A DNA stretch of 64,000 nucleotides from assembly GCA_965204805.1 (NCBI GenBank), contig OZ242013.1, positions 4,589,232 through 4,653,231 on the forward strand. The letters run 5' to 3'. The position numbers were made by a program, and so were the translations under genes. Of the stretch, positions 57,264 through 64,000 are shown in pieces. This stretch comes from Dehalococcoidia bacterium (GTDB lineage Bacteria; Chloroflexota; Dehalococcoidia; Lucifugimonadales; UBA3495). The notes below the pieces were generated by a model that did not search any database, was not told the DNA's origin, and saw only the letters and a program-made list of their open reading frames with translations. Each line of letters opens with the position of its first letter. The first letter of the stretch is position 1.

Positions 57264-58280
57264 TTGAGCCGCCTCAGGAAGCCGGAAGGCCAGGTGACGG
57301 AATTTGGCCTGTGGCGGGCCGCATCCATGCTGGCATCCGGTCTCCGCAGCCTGTTTGTCCGGCCCGATGCGGAACTGCTGCTGGACACAATCTACGGTGG
57401 GTCGCGCGTTGCCCGAGAGGGCGCCGGTGCGTACTGGCGTAAGGTGGCCCGGTATTGCATCGACGGGGACCTGCAGGCGGTTCTTGACGAGTATGTCCAC
57501 CATCTGGCCGGAGAGTCCGGGGCCAACATCGAGACTGATGAGGGTCTTTTCTCTTTTGCAGAGTCCGCACGGGGGGCAATAGCCCTAAGGCCGTCGGTGT
57601 ATCGTGCCACCGACATTGATCACTTCGACGCCCAGGGAATATCTTTCCCCAGCCGGTACGCCCTGCGGTTTGGCAGCGCGCAGCGCAGCCACGAGGAGGC
57701 CAGGCTTCCCGAGGTGAGGGCAGCCTTCAACTCGCCCTTCTGGCCGTTCGTCCTTGCAACAACATCAATTGGGCAGGAGGGAATTGATTTCCATTGGTGG
57801 TGCCACTCCGTCGTGCATTGGAACCTTCCCGGCAATCCAGTCGACTTCGAGCAGCGTGAGGGCAGGGTGGACCGCTACAAGGGACACGCAATCAGGAAGA
57901 ACGTCGCGGCCGCTCACCGGTCGGCGGCATTGGCTCCTGGAGTGGTGGATCCCTGGACTGCTGCATTTGAGGCCGCGGCGAAAGAGACTGACAGGGACAC
58001 CGGCGGTCTCTCGCCCTACTGGATTTATTCGGGGGATGCCCGGATCCATCGGAGACTGTTGTCTCTCCCATTGAGCCGCGATGAGGACCGGTGGGCCCAG
58101 TTGCAGGATTCGCTGGCGCTCTACCGGCTGGCGTTCGGCCAGCCGAGGCAGGAGGACATGCTGGCCGCGCTGCAACGTCGCGGCATCATTAGCCGCCCCG
58201 AGGAAATTGATGACCTGCGAATCGATTTGCGGCCGCCGGTGTCTGTCATCGGCCAAGCAAATCCGGAACCGGCGAGGTAG
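57264..58280 (+). CDS. SF2 helicase, C-terminal part (motifs V-VI), same frame as 55053-57212
   Basis: VLATTSIGQEGIDFH (motif V) and FEQREGRVDRYKG (motif VI, QxxGRxxR). No stop occurs between 57213 and 57263, so 55053-58280 is one 1075-codon helicase gene interrupted by a single amber codon. The alternative is a split helicase starting at TTG 57264. Confidence 0.75.
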   Translation: MSRLRKPEGQVTEFGLWRAASMLASGLRSLFVRPDAELLLDTIYGGSRVAREGAGAYWRKVARYCIDGDLQAVLDEYVHHLAGESGANIETDEGLFSFAESARGAIALRPSVYRATDIDHFDAQGISFPSRYALRFGSAQRSHEEARLPEVRAAFNSPFWPFVLATTSIGQEGIDFHWWCHSVVHWNLPGNPVDFEQREGRVDRYKGHAIRKNVAAAHRSAALAPGVVDPWTAAFEAAAKETDRDTGGLSPYWIYSGDARIHRRLLSLPLSRDEDRWAQLQDSLALYRLAFGQPRQEDMLAALQRRGIISRPEEIDDLRIDLRPPVSVIGQANPEPAR

Positions 58281-58806
58281 CCCCAGGAAATATCGCAAAC
58301 AAGCTCACCCCAGAGTCAGCATAAGCGCGCTGAGCTGTTGAGCATTGCCAGCGTTGAATTGCATTTGGTTAAGGTGTTCGGCGTTTTGAACCAGCCCCGC
58401 AGGGATTAACTACCTCAGTCCCGTTGCGGGCGCTGGCCACAGACAGCAGGAGCCACCAGTGTAGTGCGAGCATTGGTATTCTGAAACATCAGGACCAGGT
58501 TTCAGCAGCTCATTGCCCTGTACTTAAGGTCACAGAACGCGCTGTCTCCGAACTGGCAGTACCGGTTGCCAAGACCAGGGATTAGGCCAAGGCAAACTTG
58601 CCAATTGCAGCTGGATACATTCCTTTTGCGCCTCGAATAGCCATCTCTGACCGACCATGTGTGGGACGTGTCGGCATACACGTCCGGTTGTCAAGGGCGC
58701 CGCGAATGTGGGCCACTGGGGTGTCGAAGGCCAGCATGAATGTCCGCACCAATTGTTCAGGAGGAATGTCTCCCTGACGTCTGCACAAGGGCGGGCAGAG
58801 GTCGTC

Positions 58807-59265
58807 CTACAGACGGTCCAGCAACTTGGCAATCTGATCGGTGTGGTTCATGTCGGGCTCCCATTCGCAGATCACACCGTGTTCGTCGATGACAACTGCG
58901 GGCCTTTTCCCATCTGACGGGTCTTTGACGTACCTCTCTCCATCGAAAGCGGACATGCCTAACTCAATTCCTACTCGTCGATCAGGATCGTTCAGGACCG
59001 CGAATGGAAGCTGCTCTTTCTCGACCCACTGGCGGGCAGCATCCAAGCTTCCGTCATGGATTCCGAACAGCACGACGTTCTTCTCGGTGAACTTGGCAGC
59101 ATGCTCTCGGTACCCAAGAGCCATGCGGGTTCAATTACCGCCGCCCGGATTGGTGAAGAAGTACAGCAGGACCTTTTGTCCGCGCAGGCTGCCAAGGGAT
59201 ATCGTCTGTCCATCGCTGGATTGAAGTGTGAAACCGGAAATCGTCTTCCCGATGTAAGTTTCCAT
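58807..59265 (-). CDS. bcp: Bcp-type peroxiredoxin with in-frame TGA at the peroxidatic Cys position (probable selenoprotein)
   Basis: RBS AAAGGAcggcaataATG (59265). METYIGKTISGFTLQSSDGQTISLGSLRGQKVLLYFFTNPGGGN-TGA-TRMALGYREHAAKFTEKNVVLFGIHDGSLDAARQWVEKEQLPFAVLNDP... This aligns with E. coli Bcp ..[26 protein letters not shown]..., and the TGA (59131-59133) falls exactly on the Cys of PGCT. The ORF-track pieces 59131-59682 (3' part) and 58807-59124 are in the same frame. Confidence 0.7.
59099..59126 (-). promoter_or_regulatory. SECIS-like hairpin immediately downstream of the in-frame UGA
   Basis: RNA: UGA-ACCC-GCAUG(G)CUCUUGG-GUA-CCGAGAGCAUGC. It has 12 bp including one G-U pair, one bulged G, and a G-rich apical region 16-20 nt after the UGA. 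Confidence 0.55.
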
Positions 59266-59871
59266 TATTGCCGTCCTTTCCGGTGAGACTTGATGGAACC
59301 GGCGCGCATGGGAGAACCGTTCCCCATGCAGTTGCTGGGCTGCGGAAGTCTGGTGCTGAGTCAAGGCCGAAGTGTCAGGATATAAGAGGCGGAGTTTGGC
59401 TCTGGCGTATTCGGCGATGAAACGCCCGTTGCCGGCGGATGCCGCCGCGTTGCGCTCTGTCACGTAGATGCTGATGCTCCTCGATAGCGGCTCCCCGCTG
59501 GGATTTCTGCCTTTGAGAGAAGCATAAGCCAGCACGATGAACTGGGTCTCTGCCAGGTTCAGCTGGCGGACCCGATGCGGTATTTGCTTGTGCCGCACAC
59601 AGTGCAGACAGCACGCAGGGCAGGACGCCCGTTTTTCAGGGTCACCTGTTCCACATCCCGTGAGCCGGTCTTGGCCCGGCACCTCAAGCAGTAGATTTCA
59701 ACAGATTCGGAAGGCGTAGCCATGATTGAAGGCTCCTGGTCCGAAGTTTGCCAGGATTATAGCCAAAGGAAAGCCTCCGCCGTATGCGACTGCGAGACCG
59801 GCCGGCCCTTCGGATTATGCACACTGAAATTGCCCGGATTCTCTCGGGAGCTACGGGACGGCGCGGATGGA

Positions 59872-60189
59872 CTAGATAACCCTGTCTCCCCACCCTGGAG
59901 TGGATTGGCTCTCCGGCTCGCCCGCCACTCCGGGCAGCGGTGTAAGCATAACACGCCAACGGGGAGTCTCCTTGGATGCCTCGACCAGGAATTCCCCCAG
60001 GGGGACATCAACGTCGATATCATCGAATTCGAAGTTGAACGCCGCCTTCACATGAACTGGGCACACAAGTCCCGCCGTGGCGTTGTTCTCCTGTCCCACC
60101 CGCCTCAGCTCCTCTCGCTCGGCAAGGGTCATCTTCAGGCGGCGGTAACAGCCGGCAATAGCGCATTTGACCTGGACCTTTCTGGCCAT
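59872..60189 (-). CDS. Small hypothetical protein (105 aa)
   Basis: ORF with plausible composition (MARKVQVKCAIAGCYRRLKMTLAEREELRRVGQ...). No motif recognised; weak call. Confidence 0.3.
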   Translation of the reverse strand: MARKVQVKCAIAGCYRRLKMTLAEREELRRVGQENNATAGLVCPVHVKAAFNFEFDDIDVDVPLGEFLVEASKETPRWRVMLTPLPGVAGEPESQSTPGWGDRVI

Positions 60190-61192
60190 TTCTCCAATAT
60201 TACAACCTCAGCGCAACGTGGGGCCTGTGCGGGGCCAGGCGGCCACCCTCATCCGCTTCTGTCCGCAAGTGTCAAGGGCGGGGCAAGGCGGTCCAGCACC
60301 GGGTCCGTTCGCTGAAGGCTTTCCATGTGGCCAGACAGCGCTCCCATTTCGAGACTCGTCAGGTGTTCGCATTCGAGGAATCCGACGTGGTCTGTCGCCG
60401 AGTATGTGAGGGAGTTTCCCATTACCTGCACGAGCTATCGTACCCACGAACGATTCGATTTCGCTTGCGGGTAAGCTTACACCCGTATACCCCAATGGGC
60501 GTGAAGTCCGAAAACCTTGCTGATCAGACTCAGTTGACCCCTGGGCCTCAGCGACCGGAATGTACCTCTGGGGATGATTTCCCGGCTGCTGAGCGCTGAG
60601 ATAGCGGCAACGAACGGAGGCACTTTAGTGGACGGGGAGGATATGGTTGAAATGGAGGTATCAGGCTCGCCGGCGAAACCGACCTTAACCCTTGGGGGGC
60701 CTCCGTAACGATTCGGTGGGCGACACCCGGTCCGGAGAGGAAGGATCAGTAGTCCCATCCCCTCTGACCTTCCATGACGGGCCTTATGCGAGGTTGACCT
60801 GATTATTCTCGTAACCTGCGGCTACGCCATAGTACCCCGAAACTTTTAGAGCAGTTGTTTGACGTCAACTTTTATCTTGACGCAACGGGACAGGCAAAAC
60901 TAATTGTCGTTGATCAGCAGTGGCCATCCGGGCGGGTCTCCCCCAGCGCAACATCTGAATCGTCATCTTCAAGGAGAACGTCGACACCAGGAACAGTAGC
61001 ACCGGTGCAAAGTTCTACCGCCATATGATGCTGGCCCAAGGGCCTGGGTTCCGTGGACCTCCATTCTCCGTGAGGTGATACATTCAAAAGATCCTGCTGG
61101 GCCACAACGCGCCCCACGACGGCTGGTTCGGCCGCCATGTTGCCGGAGGCCCGAGGGCGGCAAACGGCGTTGCCCGGCCTGCCGTGGGCCTT

Positions 61193-63004
61193 CTACCCCT
61201 CCTCTCCCTTCCAGAGGCGTGCCTCGTCGCGCACAAATTGGGCCGGGTCTTCCAAAGCCTTGATCAGGTAGGGTTCAGGCAGTTCGCAGCCAAGTTTGCG
61301 CAGCGCCCGGAGAGCCGCCCATCTGACCAATGCCTCTTCGTCCGACAGCGCCTCCAGAAGACCAACCCTAGCTTCCTTGTCTCCCAGGGCCCCCAGACCC
61401 TCGGCGGCGGGCAAGCGCACCATCAACCCATCGTCCCTCAACGCCAGGAGCAGTGCCGGCACGGCCTCCCGGCAGGCACCCTCGCCTTCATTGGCGGCGA
61501 GTTCCCCCAGCCCTTTGGCAGCGGCAACTCGCACATTCTGTTCCCCATCCCCAAGTGCCTCCAGGAGTGCCGGCATGGCCTCCCGGCGGGCATCCTCGCC
61601 TCCATTGGCGGCGAGTTCCCCCAGTCCCTTGGCAACGGCAGCTCTCACAATCTGGTCCTCGTCCCCAAGTGCCTCCAGCAATGCCGGCAGTTCCTCCGGG
61701 CCACCCAGGATCCCCAACACCTCGGCGGCCTTGGCCCTTCTCCAGATCTCCGGAGCGCGCAGATCCTGCAGTTCCTCCGGAACACCGTGCCTACTGCCCA
61801 GCTGCCTCAGGGCCTGGGCCACGCTGCTGGCACTTGAGCCCGAACCTCTCAGCTTGGCGAGCAGGTGCGGTATGGCCTGGGTAGCCCCCATCTTTCCCAG
61901 TGCCCCGGCGGCACGGGACTGCACGGACATGTCGGGGTCGTTCAGTGCGCGGATCAGCCCGGGCACAGCCTCTGGTCTTCCCAGGTCCCCAAGGAGTCCG
62001 GCCGCCGCGTAGCGTGCTCTCTCGCCACCCGAACCCAGGACGTCGAGCAGTCCGGGAACAGCCCCGGGGTCCTTGAGTTTCATCAGGGACTGCCCAGCCA
62101 CCGAGGCAAGCATCCCGTCATAGTGGGGCAGGGCTGACACCAGCCCATGCACGGCCTCCTCGCCTCCCAGTTCGCCCAGGGATCTGGCTGCCTCGCAGAG
62201 CACCGTCTGATCGTAATGCTTGAGAGTCCTGAGCAGGGCAGGCACGGCGCGCCGGTCCTTCAGCTGGCCCACCGAACGGGCTGCCTTTACATTCACCGCC
62301 GGATTCCACCGATCCAACGCCCTGATCAGTGCCGGCACGGAGTCTTCGTCGCCCAGCGTCCCCAGGGCCTCGGCCGCCACCTCCAGCAGGGGAGTGTCCC
62401 CGGCCAGAAGGGCTTCGTTGAAGGCCGGTACCGCCTCCCTGACCCTCATATCCAAGAGTGCCTGTCCAGATCGCGCCCGGACAGTTTCGTCAGGGTCGGA
62501 CATGGCTCTCAGCAGTTGAGATACCGCGCCGCTCTCCCTGAGTTTCCCCAGGGCCCAGACAGCCTCCTGCCGCACAAGGGCGCTTTCGTCGTCAACCAGC
62601 GGAACAAGCGCGGGACCGGCGTTGGAGTCCCCGTTCTGACCGAGGTCCCAGGCGGCACCGGCCCCCGCGCCCTCATGACCGTCAGCCAGAAGCAAAGTCA
62701 GCTCCGGAGTTGCTGTCGTTACGCTCATCTTCCCGAGGGAACGGGCGGCGCCGGCCCGGGTGTCCCCATCGGAGTCCGCCAGAGTGGCGACCAGTCCCGG
62801 CACAGCGGCGGCATCCCCCAGGTTACCCAGGGTCTCCGCGGCCGCTCGCCGGGCTGGCGGGAAGCCTGAGTTCAGCGCATTCATCAGGAACGCAGGCACT
62901 TCTTGTTCACTGGCGATGCCCAGTATCTGCGCGGCGTACCGGCGCACCGCCTCATTTTCGTCAGAAATGGCTGGGATGAATTGTTCTTCGCCTGATTCAG
63001 ACAT
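61193..63004 (-). CDS. HEAT-repeat (PBS-lyase-type) protein, 603 aa
   Basis: About 17 consecutive repeats of the form D....VR..AA.ALG.LGD..AVP.L...L. Two adjacent 38-aa units are nearly identical. Confidence 0.85.
   Translation of the reverse strand: MSESGEEQFIPAISDENEAVRRYAAQILGIASEQEVPAFLMNALNSGFPPARRAAAETLGNLGDAAAVPGLVATLADSDGDTRAGAARSLGKMSVTTATPELTLLLADGHEGAGAGAAWDLGQNGDSNAGPALVPLVDDESALVRQEAVWALGKLRESGAVSQLLRAMSDPDETVRARSGQALLDMRVREAVPAFNEALLAGDTPLLEVAAEALGTLGDEDSVPALIRALDRWNPAVNVKAARSVGQLKDRRAVPALLRTLKHYDQTVLCEAARSLGELGGEEAVHGLVSALPHYDGMLASVAGQSLMKLKDPGAVPGLLDVLGSGGERARYAAAGLLGDLGRPEAVPGLIRALNDPDMSVQSRAAGALGKMGATQAIPHLLAKLRGSGSSASSVAQALRQLGSRHGVPEELQDLRAPEIWRRAKAAEVLGILGGPEELPALLEALGDEDQIVRAAVAKGLGELAANGGEDARREAMPALLEALGDGEQNVRVAAAKGLGELAANEGEGACREAVPALLLALRDDGLMVRLPAAEGLGALGDKEARVGLLEALSDEEALVRWAALRALRKLGCELPEPYLIKALEDPAQFVRDEARLWKGEEG
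61450..61680 (-). repeat. 114-bp near-identical tandem repeat (two HEAT units) inside the HEAT-repeat gene
   Basis: gtgccggc..cctcccggc.gg..cctcgcc..cattggcggcgagttcccccag occurs at 61453 and again at 61567. Protein units: PALLEALGDEDQIVRAAVAKGLGELAANGGEDARREAM / PALLEALGDGEQNVRVAAAKGLGELAANEGEGACREAV. Confidence 0.8.
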
Positions 63005-63338
63005 GGCTGAGTCGAGCCTCCTAGGAATCTATTATCCTCTTATATCCGTTACCGTGCCAGCGCCGCTGTGTTACCTCACATAATCGGGGACGGAGAGGCC
63101 TGCAATGACTTGCGGCGCGACGTCGTTGCAACCCACCGTTTGCCAGGGCAGGCATCTCGGGACGCAGGCAAACGGTCCAGCACGGGCGGTCCTGCGGCTG
63201 CCCCCCGGCTCACCAGGTAGCCTTTCTCATTACGGTCTATTCGGGCACCCTTGGCGGAAAACGCCCGTTTTCCGCCAGTGCTGAAATGCTGACAGTCGCC
63301 TCTTGTGACCCCCTGGCGAAAAAGGGTAGGATGGGGAT

Positions 63339-63959
63339 ATGCCCGCCTACGGCTACATCAGGACCAGCCGGGAGCAGGATCCCGGCCACCCCGGCAGCGA
63401 TCCTGAGGTGCAGCGCCGCCAGCTCATAGACGTCGGCGTTGACCCCGGGCGCATCTATGCCGACGTCGCCGTCTCCGGCGCCACGCCGGGCAGTTCCCGC
63501 AACCAGTGGCACCTCCTCGACCAACTGCTCGCCTCGGGCGACGTCTTGGTGGTGGCCGCCGTCGACCGGCTGGGCTGACGCTACCTCGAGACCATGTGGG
63601 CGATATACGACCTGCAGCGCAGTGGAATCCGGCTCCGGTCCCTGGCCGGCAACGTAGGCGAATGGGCCAGGTTCCTGGACGCCGCCCCGGACTCCCCGGA
63701 GGCCTTCATGGGCAATATCTTGGCCAGCATGGCAGGCTGCGTGGCCAGCCAGGAACGCCAGAGCATCAGCCGCAGGACCAGGGCGGGGTTGGACGCTGCC
63801 AGGATGAAGGGCAAGGAGCTGGGGCGGCCACGGCGTCTCACCGGGGAGCAGCTCACCGCCATCAGCTAGGACCTGGCCGACGAGGTGCCCGTGGCCGCGG
63901 TGGCCAGGAAATAGGGCGTGCCGCGGTCCACGCTCCGGGGCGCGCTGTGCCGAAGTTGA
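63339..63959 (+). pseudogene. Small serine recombinase (resolvase/invertase family) inactivated by three in-frame stop codons
   Basis: MPAYGYIRTSREQD carries the catalytic Ser context. ..VLVVAAVDRLG-TGA(63576)-RYLETMWAIYDLQRSGIRLRSL..ERQSISRRTRAGLDAARMKGKELGRPRRLT..TAIS-TAG(63867)-DLADEVPVAAVARK-TAG(63912)-GVPRSTLRGAL. All parts are in one frame and there is an HTH at the C-terminus. The stops sit where family members usually have R, a polar residue and Y. Confidence 0.8.
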
Positions 63960-64000
63960 TCACCCAGCAGTGTTTTTCTCGTTTGAAGCACGGACGTGCC

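Noticed and set aside
59266-59682. N-terminal extension of the peroxiredoxin ORF (the ORF track starts at 59682, adding ~139 aa).
   Set aside because: The Bcp alignment starts at METYIGK (59265), which has a good RBS (AAAGGA). The upstream translation has no thioredoxin-fold or other recognisable features. It is most likely open only by chance, and I could not support a separate gene there.
60190-61190. Roughly 1 kb with few or no convincing ORFs between the small 105-aa ORF and the HEAT-repeat gene, inspected for an ncRNA, intron or mobile-element remnant.
   Set aside because: I found no group II intron domain V-like sequence, no terminal inverted repeats and no conserved RNA motif that I could recognise. 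The 74-aa ORF at 60914-61138 is unsupported. Left unannotated.
63576-63578. In-frame TGA in the recombinase considered as selenocysteine, and the TAGs in the recombinase and helicase considered as pyrrolysine or recoding.
   Set aside because: The TGA falls at a conserved Arg position (DRLG-R) with no redox context. The gene also has two additional TAG stops. TAG and TGA are both used as genuine terminators of intact genes in this window, and nothing resembling a PYLIS or pyl gene is present. Pseudogenisation is the simpler explanation.
1-64000. Search for CRISPR arrays, rRNA and tRNA genes.
   Set aside because: No short, regularly spaced direct repeats with unique spacers were found; all periodic repeats are protein-coding (FN3, Ig, HEAT, pentapeptide). 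No GGTTCGAATCC-type T-arm with acceptor-stem arrangement and no rRNA-like conserved blocks were seen in intergenic regions. Strings such as ggttcgaa at ~20205 lie inside coding sequence.

Overview
High-GC bacterial DNA; lineage cannot be assigned without a database search. The window has two contrasting halves.

LEFT (1-28 kb, all minus strand): a paralogous family of five giant secreted repeat proteins of about 1.3-1.75 k codons. Two of them are broken by frameshifts. All five share three parts:
- the same signal-anchor at the N-terminus;
- a ~150-aa 'LVSN...AQxFTTG' module;
- an identical-type ~92-aa Cys-less, glutaredoxin-like C-terminal domain.

Three ~0.55-kb intergenic cassettes are repeated at 7.1-7.6, 12.8-13.3 and 27.5-28.05 kb. 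Each holds an AT-rich divergent promoter block and a ~400-nt leader. The leader has a conserved core with compensatory base changes, followed by an intrinsic terminator. This looks like a riboswitch or attenuator, but I could not recognise the class. The third cassette is shared with a divergently transcribed GAF-PAS histidine kinase fused to REC and an OmpR-type DNA-binding output.

RIGHT (30-64 kb): mosaic accessory DNA, visibly lower in GC in places. It contains:
- a trypsin-like protease, a 971-aa N6-adenine methyltransferase, a GmrSD-type nuclease and VapBC;
- orphan genes, including a pentapeptide-repeat membrane protein;
- a sensor kinase, a SIMPL lipoprotein and a UMF1-type MFS transporter;
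- a four-gene candidate defence locus (PD-(D/E)xK, unknown, PLD, SF2 helicase) whose helicase carries one in-frame TAG;
- a Bcp-type peroxiredoxin whose peroxidatic Cys codon is TGA, followed by a SECIS-like hairpin (probable selenoprotein);
- a HEAT-repeat protein;
- a serine-recombinase pseudogene with three nonsense codons.

No rRNA, tRNA or CRISPR array was seen. All calls rest on reading the sequence and ORF translations and on motifs recalled from memory. No searches were run.
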